Shown one piece after another: positions 1-11,200 of a stretch of DNA of 64,000 bases (position 1 is its first letter; each line of letters starts with the position of its first letter). This DNA comes from Macrostomum lignano (Eukaryota): the NCBI GenBank assembly GCA_002269645.1, contig NIVC01001516.1, positions 5,796-69,795 on the forward strand. The letters run 5' to 3'. The position numbers and the translations under genes are program-made. Under the pieces are notes generated by a model, which was not told the origin of the DNA, ran no database searches, and saw only the letters and a list, made by a program, of their open reading frames with translations.

Positions 1-1834
1 AGTAAAAAAACATTTAAACGTGTGTTGTGTTTGAAATAATACATTGAAATAAGCAGTTTTGCCGTAAAAAAGCATAGACAGAGTTTCAATCAGCTTTCAG
101 TGAATCATTTTCTTATTTTAATGGCAAAAAATAAGTTAAAAATGCATTTTTTCTTCCCGGGGTCCCCGGTCCAACTCCCCGGGGAGTATTCCCCAACAAG
201 CTCCCCTGGGCCCCGGGGAGCACTCCCCGGGGTCGACATCCCTACTATCAAGACTAAGAAATGTCCTTCAAGACTCGGTCGAATGTTGATGGACTGATGC
301 AAAAATAATGCTCTGGAATTTGTAGCAAGCATTTGCAGCAAGCAAACTCGTAAAACGGAAGCAATATTGCAAAATTGAACACAAAAATTTGTCCCGGGAT
401 TCGGCACTCCTGGGATTGCAATCCCTAGACACAAGATACAACGTACCAATACCATTACCAACTACCAGGCTACCAGATTACTTAAGACTAAAACTTAAAT
501 GAGAGGCGAGAGCTAGCAGGCAGCAGCCTAGCCCTAGTAGCGGACACTGAGCGAAACCGTGGCAGAAACGGGTGGGTCAGTGTCAGTAGGTGGCCAAACG
601 AAGGGTGGGTGGGTGAATTTGTGGGCGCCGGGACAAGTGCTGCTGCTATCGAAAACAAAACTCAGTCCAAGGCGCATCCACCGGTAAGGGTCACCCAGCC
701 CCTCTCTCCAATCTGAAAGGAAAACAAAACCAAAGAGCGGCAATGCCTGACTTGAGGGTGTGTATGTACAACGATGTACGTTAATTCCAGCCCGGCGGAA
801 AAACTCACACTTCGATCCGGACCGCCTAATTGGTCAGTTGGATGGTGGGGTGCTCGCTGGGGTGTTGGGGTGAGGGGTGCTTCTCCAGACAGTCCCCCTC
901 AAGTTAGGCCGAAAACCCTGCTTGCTATGGCTTGAAGCTTGAAATTAGGTTTGGGTTGATAAAGAGGTGGTGGAGGTCTTAAAAGCGCGCCCGTGTTGTA
1001 TTAAACGTCTCTGCTTGTTATATAGTGAGTCATTTTAGTTTCTCGCTGTACATAGCGGCACTGGCCCCTTCCTCCCCCAGCCCTCTGCTAGCATTCAGTT
1101 CATTCTCTCTTTTTAATTCAATCTGGGGGGGGGGGACGGGCCCTCACCCACCCGACACAAGCGCATAAAAGTAAAGCAGAGGGCACGCCTTCGTTTTACT
1201 GTCTTACTCGCTCTGCGTTGCACGTAGAACCAGCGCGGTCATCCAGAGAGATAGCGCAGCACAAGGTAAGACGAAGAATCAGAAAAGCTTTAACCGGTTA
1301 ATCAGTAATACTGCAACAAAGACGCTTTCGAAGCCTGGTTTGTTGCCTGTGTTGCGGGTTGAGTTATGACAAGCTTATTCAGGACTCGATTGTACTGCCT
1401 CCCCCTATTTATCACTTAAATTAATCTCTGGTTTGTGCGGGAGTACCCGTCTAGAGCATGCCGATCTGATGTTGAAAAACGATCTGCGTTCATGACTAGA
1501 TTGCTACTCCTTAACAACCTTGGATTGTGCAACGGATTGTTTATTTAGCATTACGCAAATTTGATTTGATTCACGACTGTTCCATGATTTATGATCATAT
1601 TGTGTTCCATGTTGCTCTTTGTGTTGTGTTACTGTTCATTGTTCATTCCTCATCCTGTTCTTGAAATATTTGAAGGCTATAAAAGTTTATCTAGGATTAG
1701 AAAGTTATCCAGTTATCCTGCTAAAAAATTAGAATCGGTCAAAATGTGAAGCTGCTCTGTTGATTGAAACATTAACCTTATGGTTAGACACAACTTCATA
1801 GAAATAGTATATTGTGGACTTGTGGTCGCTTTTA

Positions 1835-1900
1835 ACTCCGAACTACCCTCCTTTTACCCTCCGAAATCCGCCCCCCAACTAATTTCTGGTTGCGCTACTG
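1835..1900 (-). mobile_element. Partial copy (one end) of the hAT-like MITE at 2657-2898, in inverted orientation
   Basis: Reverse complement reads cagtagcgcaaccagaaattagttggggggcggatttcggagggtaaa, matching the left end at 2657 (cagtagcgcaacctgaaatttgttgagggggcggattctggagggtaaa). Confidence 0.65.
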
Positions 1901-2656
1901 ACAATTAATAAGAAACCAGAGTATTGAAGTCTACGTCCTGCGTCCCACCTACAGTCGGCCACTCTTGATCAGTTATTTATTCAGCTTCTTTAAATATCAG
2001 ACTCGAAGTTGCTAGCACTGCTACTTCGAGTACTATGTGATAACTTGGAGCTTGAAATATTTCGACAAAAAAACGAACAAATAAATACAAAAGATATTTC
2101 AGTGAACATTAATTCAGCCTTGAAAGCTGTGAATTTATCTTGTACTTGTGCTTGGCTCACTGTCACCAAAAAATATTGAAGCGCATACTGCATGTGCATG
2201 CAGAACACGCTTGCGCATTATAATAAAAAATAAACATCAGAAAAATTCTGGCCACTGTCCAGGAAACGCAGCCCGAGATCTGGAATTGACACCCCCTCCA
2301 GACAAAAAAATGCTGGGCAAGATATTGAAGATCTTCACAGAATTCTCGATTACTTTCAAACAGCGATTAAATCTATCTGGGATCTGGCCAACTTGTTCTC
2401 ACTGCAAAGGTGGGTAGCTTTTCACAATTCATGAAATTTTATCATCATTGTAAAGTTGGGATGGCAGACTATAACTTTATTCCTTAAAAAGTATTTTTAA
2501 TAGTTTAACTGACTTTTTTAGGAAAGTGCAGCTCCATCAAATGACATCGAGTTTCTTTCACACGCGTTCAGATTCGGAATTAGAAACGCAGTATAATCCC
2601 AATTCTGGTAGCCCCAATTCTCAAGAATTCCAGAATCGATCTTACTGTACAGTTTT

Positions 2657-2898
2657 CAGTAGCGCAACCTGAAATTTGTTGAGGGGGCGGATTCTGGAGG
2701 GTAAAGACCCGAGGGGGGCGGATTCTGGAGGGTAAAGACCCGAGGGGGCGGATTCTGGAGGGTAAAGAGCAAAGACCCGAGGGAGCGGAGGGTTTGGCTC
2801 TGTTTTTGGCGAAAATTCACTTGGTTCCCCTTTTGATTTTTTCAGGTCTCAGCCTAAAGGGGGGGGGGGGGGGGCGCCCCCCTCTGGTTGCGCCACTG
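2657..2898. mobile_element. Non-autonomous hAT-like MITE
   Basis: TIRs cagtagcgcaacc / ggttgcgccactg; exact 8-bp TSD acagtttt (2649-2656 and 2899-2906); internal ~30-bp repeats gagggggcggattctggagggtaaagaccc. Confidence 0.8.
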
Positions 2899-3162
2899 AC
2901 AGTTTTCCCAGTTCATCAAACTTTAATCGATTGGGAAGAAGTCATTCAGCTTAAAACAAGCCAAATTCATACAAACCTAACGTTTGTCCAGTCAGGTTAG
3001 TCTGCTTCGGCCAAATTGTTTGGAAAGAGTGTCATTTCCATGTTTCCAGTATTCTCTGAACTCTCTTAGAAATGATTCAATTCGAAGATAAAAAATGAAC
3101 ACTGTGCCCAGCCCGGTGAAAATAATTTTCTGTTATTGTTAAAAAAGTAACATTGTCCAGTT

Positions 3163-5706
3163 CTAAGAAGCGTCGACTCGATTTCGGCACCACTTTGTCC
3201 ACATCTTTTTTATTTGTTGTTGATTCGCTTCGCTGTCGGATTCAGGGCTGGAGCTTTGGCTGCTGCTGATGTAGTCCAACTCAAATTCATCAGGCGTAGC
3301 TGATCTGAACGTTTTGTTGTCTCGACTGTCCACCATCTCGTTGGTATTGTGATTGGTAGGAATTGTGTCAGCGGCAGGAAAATTTGACCTACCTGCAGAT
3401 GTAGACGGTGCAGTCCGTTCGCGTGGCAGCTCTGCGCAACTTCCTGTGTCTACGTGTACCTCAATAGGAGAAGCAGAGCTGCTTTCATCCGTCTGTTTAT
3501 CTTCATCGCAGTCGGAAACTAAAATACTTCCAACTTCCATAGTTGCGCCGTTTAAGTTGTGAATGTAACTATTATTTAACACGGTGGTTGGGTCTGTAAA
3601 AAGTAGTTCCCTTCTGTCTTTTGGATTGTCACAAGTCGTATGATTCGCAGCGGCAGCTGCTGGTTGACTACTTTGCCGATAGCTATTATTAAAGGCATCA
3701 AATTCAGCGGAAACTCCAAACTTAATTAGGTCTGCATCATCAAGTTCGTTGTCAACCGGCGCAGTTTGTGAGTCGATGACGAATGAAAAGCCTGCGTCAT
3801 TATTATTACTGGCGGAACTGCGGGACGAAAGCTTTTCCTCTCTAGAACCTAGCACTTCAAATATGACGCGTCCACTGTCTTCGGTAGTTACATGTACCTC
3901 TTCTGGTTGGGCAGTCTTGTTTGCTGCAGAAAAGTTGACCCGGTCTTGCTTCTCCTCATGGGCAGTTTTGTTTGCAGCAGAAAAGTTGATCAGCTGGTCT
4001 TGCCTCTCCTCATGGGCAGTTTTGTTTGCTGCAGAAAAGTCGATCAGATCTTGCTTCTCCTCATGGGCAGTTTTGTTTGCGGCAGAAAAGTCGATCAGGT
4101 CTTGCCTCTCCTCATGGGCAGTTTTGTTTGCAGCAGAAAAGTTGATCAGCTGGTCTTGCCTCTCCTCATGGGCAGTTTTGTTTGCAGCAGTAAAGTTGAT
4201 CAGCTGGTCTTGCCTCTCCTTATGGGCAGTTTTGTTCGCAGCAGTAAAGTTGATCAGCTGGTCATGCCTCTCCTTATGGGCAGTTTTGTTTGCAGCAGAA
4301 AAGTTGATCAGCTGGTCTTGCCTCTCCTCATGGGCAGTTTTGTTTGCTGCAGAAAAGTCGATCAGATCTTGCTTCTCCTCATGGGCAGTTTTGTTTGCGG
4401 CAGAAAAGTCGATCAGGTCTTGCCTCTCCTCATGGGCAGTTTTGTTTGCGGCAGAAAAGGCGATCAGGTCTTGCCTCTCCTCATGTGCAGTTTTGTTTGC
4501 TGCAGAGAAGTCGATCAGATCTTGCTTCTCCTTATGGGCAGTTTTGTTTGCGGCAGAAAAGTCGATCAGGTCTTGCCTCTCCTCATGGACAGTTTTGTTT
4601 GCAGCAGTAAAGTTGATCAGCTGGTCTTGCTTCTCCTCATGGGCAGTTTTGTTTGCGGCAGAAAAGGCGATCAGGTCTTGCCTCTCCTCATGTGCAGTTT
4701 TGTTTGCTGCAGAGAAGTCGATCAGGTCTTGCCTCTCCTCCATTTCGTACACATAGCTGTCGCTGTCATCGTCATCATGATCTAGTGATCCTCCTGATAC
4801 ATGGAATTCGTGTATTTTCGCGGCACTGCTGCTACTAGACTCCTCAGCGATTTTACTGAGCATGAACTCGCGTCCATCTTCATCTCCCTGCCTTGTCACT
4901 TCAAGTGCTTGTACACGAGGAAAGTGACAATCAGCTGTGCAAACACGGCCAGGGCCTTCTATAGTGGGCGTAAAGCTGAACGTATGGTTAATAGGCATAT
5001 CTATGGATATTTCGCTCTGCATTGCGACATCAAAGGCGATCACGAAGCACTTTCCAATATCATCGACCTCGTCGGAATAAACCATCACGTCAGATTCCAA
5101 GGCTGGATGAATATTGTTGTCCATTTCAGTTACCTTGCAGCTGTGAAGTGAGGCTTCGGAGTTGCTGTAAGAGTCTTCCGATTCGACTGCGTCAGTAGAC
5201 AGTACATGAAACGATTCTGTTGTTTCTCTTCTAATTCGCTTTGGAATTCCTGAGCTGGAGTTGTGCAACCGAGACAGCGCAGACCGCGTTGTTGCTGTCG
5301 ACGAGCCATCTTCCGTTTCTGGTGTCTCCCAGTCGCCGCTCGCTTGTTCCGTCAACTCCGGTAGTTGAAAATCAATTTGTTCAACGCCGCCATGCGGCTG
5401 CCTGAACAGATCTCGAATTCTCCCGGCAGGATGTTGCCGCTGATACACGCTGACTGGCGCAGGCTTAGCGACGAATTTATTGGCGGTGTTAAACTGACTG
5501 TCAGCTTGATTTTCGCTATCTGTCTCTTCAGTCGAGCAGCTACCGTCGATTAGTACAGGTGACCATTCACAGGTGCTCTCATAGCATTCTGTCGTAGTTT
5601 CCATTACAACTCTAGCGGCTCTAACTGAGCTGGCTTGAGAGGCTGTAGTAGAATTTTCGCTAAAGTCGCGCGAGTGCGAAATTTTTGATGCTGTAATTTG
5701 CCGCAT
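3163..5706 (-). CDS. 847-aa acidic, Ser/Thr-rich, probably disordered protein with 16 tandem 17-18-aa repeats (E[RK]QD[Q]LI[DAN]F[ST]AANKTAH)
   Basis: 2.5-kb ORF with no stops, of which ~1.7 kb is non-repetitive; all repeat-length variants (51/54 nt) keep the frame. No family recognised; start codon uncertain. Confidence 0.7.
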   Translation of the reverse strand: MRQITASKISHSRDFSENSTTASQASSVRAARVVMETTTECYESTCEWSPVLIDGSCSTEETDSENQADSQFNTANKFVAKPAPVSVYQRQHPAGRIRDLFRQPHGGVEQIDFQLPELTEQASGDWETPETEDGSSTATTRSALSRLHNSSSGIPKRIRRETTESFHVLSTDAVESEDSYSNSEASLHSCKVTEMDNNIHPALESDVMVYSDEVDDIGKCFVIAFDVAMQSEISIDMPINHTFSFTPTIEGPGRVCTADCHFPRVQALEVTRQGDEDGREFMLSKIAEESSSSSAAKIHEFHVSGGSLDHDDDDSDSYVYEMEERQDLIDFSAANKTAHEERQDLIAFSAANKTAHEEKQDQLINFTAANKTVHEERQDLIDFSAANKTAHKEKQDLIDFSAANKTAHEERQDLIAFSAANKTAHEERQDLIDFSAANKTAHEEKQDLIDFSAANKTAHEERQDQLINFSAANKTAHKERHDQLINFTAANKTAHKERQDQLINFTAANKTAHEERQDQLINFSAANKTAHEERQDLIDFSAANKTAHEEKQDLIDFSAANKTAHEERQDQLINFSAANKTAHEEKQDRVNFSAANKTAQPEEVHVTTEDSGRVIFEVLGSREEKLSSRSSASNNNDAGFSFVIDSQTAPVDNELDDADLIKFGVSAEFDAFNNSYRQSSQPAAAAANHTTCDNPKDRRELLFTDPTTVLNNSYIHNLNGATMEVGSILVSDCDEDKQTDESSSASPIEVHVDTGSCAELPRERTAPSTSAGRSNFPAADTIPTNHNTNEMVDSRDNKTFRSATPDEFELDYISSSQSSSPESDSEANQQQIKKMWTKWCRNRVDAS
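3905..4740 (-). repeat. Coding minisatellite, 16 units of 51/54 bp
   Basis: Repeated gcagttttgtttgc(t/a/g)gcagaaaagt(c/t)gatcag... units inside the 847-aa ORF. Confidence 0.95.
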
Positions 5707-6960
5707 ATTCTTTTTTCTTATGAATTAGGAAAATTCGATTCTGGCTTTTTAAAATTGCTCATGTAAAACGCACGTATTTATTAAAATTAAAATGAGGCTA
5801 TTCCAATACAATGTATAAATTGTCTGTGGTAGTTTCATAAATGAAACTGCATGGCTATCGAGTACTATGTGACGATTAACCGGGAGACTCGAAATCAACT
5901 GACGAAAACAAATACAGCAGAGGCAAATTTTGTAGCAGTAGCACTTGATGATAGTAGCGAATGATGCGGGCGGTGGCCGCAGTTCTTATTTATTGTAAAC
6001 CGTATGAGTGGATAGTTAGGGCGAATTATCAATTCTGTCTGGGTAGTTAATAGAGATGGGCCGGAGTATTTGCTGAATCCGTAAGGGACGCACTGGGCGG
6101 CTACGCAACAATAAGATAGATGATAGATGATAGAGCGAGTCGATGAGCCTGAGGCAATGCAATGGCGACGATGTGATGGCAGTGATCGTGTGGTGGCGGT
6201 ACTCGTAGCGAGACAGACGGTACAGACGGTAATGGTGGCGTGATCGAGAATTGGCGGTGGCGGTGGTGTGACTGAGACTTGGCAGAGGCGCGGTTTAGAA
6301 CTGTGGCGGAGCGAGAAGACGGGTAAACAAGTAAACAATTAGGGTCTAACCCCCAGCCAGACAGGCCCCCAGCGGAAAAACCAACGTTGATTCAACGTTG
6401 TTGCCCTCCGTTGGCCCTCCGTTGGGCGTGTCTGGAGGAAAATCCGTTGATACAACGGCGGTTTACCAACGGCAGTCCAACTGCGAATCAACGCTATTCC
6501 AACGGTCAAAATATTGTTAGAGGTGCTGATCCACGTGAAATAAAGTATGAAAAAAGCCAATTTTCGCAATCAAATGTGTCATGTCACTCATGTGTCCAAA
6601 AACGTTACATTTTAAAGTTGAGACATTTGGCAAAGATCTATATATTTGTCAAATGAAATTACAGCAAAGCAAAAAAATTTCTCGCATGCATACGCGTTTA
6701 AAGTCTCAGGGTTAGGTATAAGTGTAATCATTGGCAATTATTGCAAACTAAATTACTTGTTTATAGGATGATATGATGGCTTTAACAACGTTTTTTATAA
6801 ATCATTTCTTTATTTTTGAATAATAACTAACTGACTGTGTCCAATGATTGTACTGCACATAAGCTAAGTAGCTAAATTGACACAACATACGATCAATATC
6901 CCATTCTAGCCTGCTGATTATCTCAAATTGTACTGCTCACAGGTTACGACTCCAAACCAG

Positions 6961-7363
6961 TCACTCATCACTGTCAGCGTCGTAAATGATAGGGTCAGGG
7001 ACCTTCTGAACGGAACGTCGAACCTTGGCAGGCGGAGGGTCTTGCGATGTGCCAACTCTGGCTGCCGACGCCTGGCTGCCTGACTCCGTCGGACCTTGAC
7101 GTCCACGACTTCGCCCGTCCTTGCCCAGCTTCAGCGCAGCAATGACTGCAAGCTCTACATCGCGGTCTTTTGGACGCTCAGCAGCATCGCGGTACATTGC
7201 CTTCATCGTCCCTAAAAGTATGTCACAAAAATACAATTATTAAACATAACTGATCTAAAACTAATAGGCCGTCTAATTTTAAAACCTATCAATACGTAAA
7301 TCAAATGAATTAAGAATCAGTATACTCAGTAATTAATTTCGATCATTGAATTTAATGTGATAT

Positions 7364-7405
<42 letters not shown>

Positions 7406-8977
7406 GCGCGCATTGAACTTACGTAGAATACTGGGCAAGAACACCGATCGAAAGGCAAGTTCGGTGTCCCCAAGCTCAGAGCCAGAGAGAGCACCAAGAC
7501 CCTTTCCGTTATAATTGACAGCGGCCAGCATCTCTGGTGACAGAATTCGCCTCACCATTCGGCGAATGGTGCTGCCAAGGTCGTCAGCCTTGCAGGGCAG
7601 CAGCAGCCGTGTCATCTGCAAGGGTGCCAATAATTTTATCATACATGTAGATGGACAGTCACGAAGAAATATGGAATATTAATATGAAATAAAATGTGGA
7701 ATATGTCAGAGACAATTATATTTTCCAACTATCGTGAAAGCATGCTGTCGGAGGCTTTTTGAAATAATAGACTTTGCAAAAACAAACACTAAACTATTGG
7801 ATGTACATACCCATTCGAGAGCCGGTGGATTTTTGATGAAGTCAATGTAGTCAGGCCAGGTCGCAATCGGCTTCCATTCTGCATCTGCATCAACTGGACC
7901 AAATGTAGTAGCAGCAGCAGCAGCGGCACGCGACATGCACTGCTTCAATTCTGAGATTGTTGTCATGCAAGCTGATGTCCGACGAAGGGTATGGAGCCCC
8001 AGGTAGCACAGTCCGAGAGGCGATGTCAGAGAGACTCCAAGCTTAGCCTCCATTCTAGCCTTCAGCAAGTCAAGCCCCCGGTACCGAAGTTCAATGACGC
8101 GACGTCAGCTGCAGCTGCATTGAAACGCAAGGCTCCTGGCTGATCCGAAGGGCTGAGCAACTCAGCCGCACTCTGCTGTGACCTGCACCTGTCGTTCTGT
8201 CCATGGTGGGGCAGTGATTTGGGCGTTTCCGGTGGAGCTGTTTCAACCGCTAGCTGAGCCGATGGGTTTCTTGTCTCCGGCAAAGGCAACAGCGGCAGCG
8301 AGCTTGGGCTTTGTTGAACTGCCCTGGCGGAATCCTCAGCTTGGGGTAGTCTAACCGACCGTGAGAAGCTTGAGGGCGATCGTTGGCAGTCAGACTCGGA
8401 CTCGGTCTGCAGATTCTGAGAATGATTGCGCGCTACTTATAGTAACGTAGTTCGTGAGATCGATTGAATAATAATGACTAATGGTTACAAATGGTTAACA
8501 TCTTTCGAAGTTTTAATACACACTTATAGCAACAAAAACGGTTTGTAGCTAACCTCCAAAGGAAGGAATCTTTGCCTCCTGCCATCGGGTACTCGTTTGA
8601 CCAGTCCCAAAAGAGTTTGGATTTTGCAGTGCTTCTCGCGCCTGAACGCCCGAAGCCAATTTACCGTCCCAGTGGCGTCATAATCGTCGTCAGGGAGAAC
8701 CTAGCGCAAATGCAAAATTACTTAGTGAAAATCAAAAATACCAAACGACCCCCATATACAAGTATGATTATGGGAACATTCAGGGAATAAAGCGTGCAGT
8801 TACCTGAAGAATTGTGCAGTCCCATACTTGCTCATTGTAGTATGCCCTTGCAATAGGCTCGCCAACAAAGTTTCGCCAGTTGTCCAGAGTGAATTTTTGG
8901 AAGTTTTCTAAGAGGACTTCAGTCTCGCTCAATTCGACTATTTCTTTGTCAACGTGAAAGATCACGATAAACTTCAT
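6961..8977 (-). CDS. Spliced transposon accessory gene with DUF4806-like C-terminal domain
   Basis: Exons about 8977-8804 (MKFIVIFH...ILQ|gtaac), 8415-~7811, ~7617-7424 and ~7215-6961 with GT-AG ends. IRRMVRRILSPEMLAAVNYNGK and AVIAALKLGKDGRSRGR resemble DUF4806. One apparent frameshift at a G-run near 8075-8079. Confidence 0.55.
7365..7403. repeat. (CA)n microsatellite
   Basis: Pure CA run in an intron of the transposon accessory gene. Confidence 0.95.
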
Positions 8978-9283
8978 GGCTGAAATGAGAAATAGAAATA
9001 CTCTTAATAATGGGAATATGTTGGAAATATATACATGACATGTTTGTGACATCAAATAAAGAAATTCATATTGTCTGAAACCAAAATAAAAAAATTGTTA
9101 TTCATATTATATGTATATTTGTGTTTATATTTATAAACAAGCTGAACACACAAGGAGACATTTAATGCTACAAATAATGAAAAATGTACACTTGCACACC
9201 CTAGGATGACAGTTGCATGAAAAAAGAAATTGCTATATTGACCAAGACTGACTTAGTACCAGAAGACAATAGTATAATCATAA

Positions 9284-11200
9284 TCAAATAGCGCAACAAT
9301 AGGGAATTACTATATATTCACCTCCAGATGATGGCAACAAGAAGCACTTTCTGCTTGCATTACCAGTAACAACATTACGTGTCACATGGTAAAATCCAAT
9401 ATTCAGAATTTCTGATGAATATGGACTTGTATACAAAGGATGCGAAAACTTTAACACATGACCAGTTAGGACATTTCCTACTACTGTACTAATGAGTATT
9501 GGAACTCCATTTACAACTGCACAATTATTTGGAGACTTCTTAGAAAAAAACACAATACTAGCTGGATCACTTGTAAGAGTAGCACGGACATTAAAAAACT
9601 GGTGCAAAATATGCTTAGAAGCAAAGCGGGTAACTGAAATTCGTCTTTTAACATGCCCCAAATAGTTTTCGAAGTCAAATGCAGAAAAATTGTCAAGTTT
9701 TCCATATAGACAAACAAATTCATAAAGATGGAGCAAAGTGTGAGGGTTATAAGAAATTGATGCTTCACCATACAATGACTCCATTTCCTTAACAAAAATC
9801 TCAATACAACGATGAGCATTTGGTAAGAGAGTCTGGTGGACATCAGAGCAAAAAACATAGATAGAAAAGTGCAAGTGAAGAAAGTGGTCATAGTATTTTT
9901 GTGGTAAAAACTTTCTGAAGAAAAAAGGCCCCAAATATAGCAAAAAGAGTCGAAACTCAGTTGCTTTAAAGTGAGCTAAATTTGTATCAATACGGCGAGG
10001 CCTCCGCTGAAACTCAGCAGGAGTGAACTTGGCATAGCTATCAATAAAATCAGACAGCTCTTTTAACTTTAGTGCTGAAATCTTACAAGATGAACCAAAC
10101 TTAGATGAAAAAAGAAAATTAAAAACTTTTCTACAAACACCTAAACATACAGCATGTTGATAGTCAGGTGGAAAATGAGAATAAAAACCAATATTTTTAA
10201 TACTCAGCAAAGGTGTTGAATGCCCTACCTTCTGGTTATTTTCTTTAGAATCAGCATAGCACTGATCAGTTCGCAAAGTACCAATAGAAGATGAAAAAAC
10301 AATACGATTAGCAAAATGTCTACCTTCAGCTTGACAATAACTACATCCCATGCGAGAGTTATGGTTCATAATAGAGCAGATATGAGCATGAGCAGGGGCA
10401 TCACAAACAAAAAGAGCACGGACTAACTTAAAATGGTGGCCAAGAACTTGAATACCATTACTAAAAAAAATGTTTAGCTCTTCACAGAAGCGTGATAACA
10501 AAATATTCAATGATGGTTTACTTTTACCAACAAAAATAGCAATGGGCAATGGACGCAAATAGCCTGATACTTTCATTAAAATTGGCCAAGCTGACATGGA
10601 AGAACTATTATACAAGGGCATTCCATCTATATTGAAAATGGAATTTACTTTTATGTGCCCAGTTTCAGAATCAGCAATGCATTTTGAAAAGTCAAAATAA
10701 TTATTGCTAACACAAAATTCCAAATTTTTGGCCATTGATACATAGAAAAAGTCTCCTTCAGTAGCAATAATAGAATAATAAGAAGAATTAGCAGAATGCT
10801 TTTTCAAGCCATATACAGACTTTGGAACTGAAATACCCTTGCGATTTAAAAAGGCAAGGATCCAAGCCATAGCAGAGCGTGACACATTAAAAAGTATATA
10901 AAATAGAAGCAGTTCTTGCTCAATTGTTAGCTCTGGCGTAGCATCTTCAACTTCAGGTATATCTTGATCCTCTTCTACAAGGTCTTCATCTGATTCACTA
11001 TTATCCATTGGATTGCCCTGACTGTTGCCAAGAAAGTCAGTGTCGTATTCTTCAGCTTGAATGAATTCTTCATCTTGTTGATGATTATTGCCTTGGGCTT
11101 GATCTTGGTTAATGGGTTCAGATGCTTTTTGAAGCTGCTCTACTTCAATTTCCTCTAAACAACCCTGAAGCACTTTTCTAGCAAAGTTACGTTTGGACAT
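9284..11200 (-). CDS. EnSpm/CACTA-type DDE transposase, 638 aa
   Basis: Motifs FNIDGMPLYNSS..AWPIL, CDAPA, GCSYC, DYQHAVCLGV, PAEFQRRPR, FKATEFRLFLLYLGP, YNPHTLLHL, SAFDFENYLG. ATG directly follows a ttttcag acceptor. Confidence 0.88.
   Translation of the reverse strand: MSKRNFARKVLQGCLEEIEVEQLQKASEPINQDQAQGNNHQQDEEFIQAEEYDTDFLGNSQGNPMDNSESDEDLVEEDQDIPEVEDATPELTIEQELLLFYILFNVSRSAMAWILAFLNRKGISVPKSVYGLKKHSANSSYYSIIATEGDFFYVSMAKNLEFCVSNNYFDFSKCIADSETGHIKVNSIFNIDGMPLYNSSSMSAWPILMKVSGYLRPLPIAIFVGKSKPSLNILLSRFCEELNIFFSNGIQVLGHHFKLVRALFVCDAPAHAHICSIMNHNSRMGCSYCQAEGRHFANRIVFSSSIGTLRTDQCYADSKENNQKVGHSTPLLSIKNIGFYSHFPPDYQHAVCLGVCRKVFNFLFSSKFGSSCKISALKLKELSDFIDSYAKFTPAEFQRRPRRIDTNLAHFKATEFRLFLLYLGPFFFRKFLPQKYYDHFLHLHFSIYVFCSDVHQTLLPNAHRCIEIFVKEMESLYGEASISYNPHTLLHLYEFVCLYGKLDNFSAFDFENYLGHVKRRISVTRFASKHILHQFFNVRATLTSDPASIVFFSKKSPNNCAVVNGVPILISTVVGNVLTGHVLKFSHPLYTSPYSSEILNIGFYHVTRNVVTGNASRKCFLLPSSGGEYIVIPYCCAI

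Noticed and set aside
3749-4785. Plus-strand 335-aa and 297-aa ORFs
   Set aside because: Antisense shadows of the coding minisatellite in the 847-aa gene.
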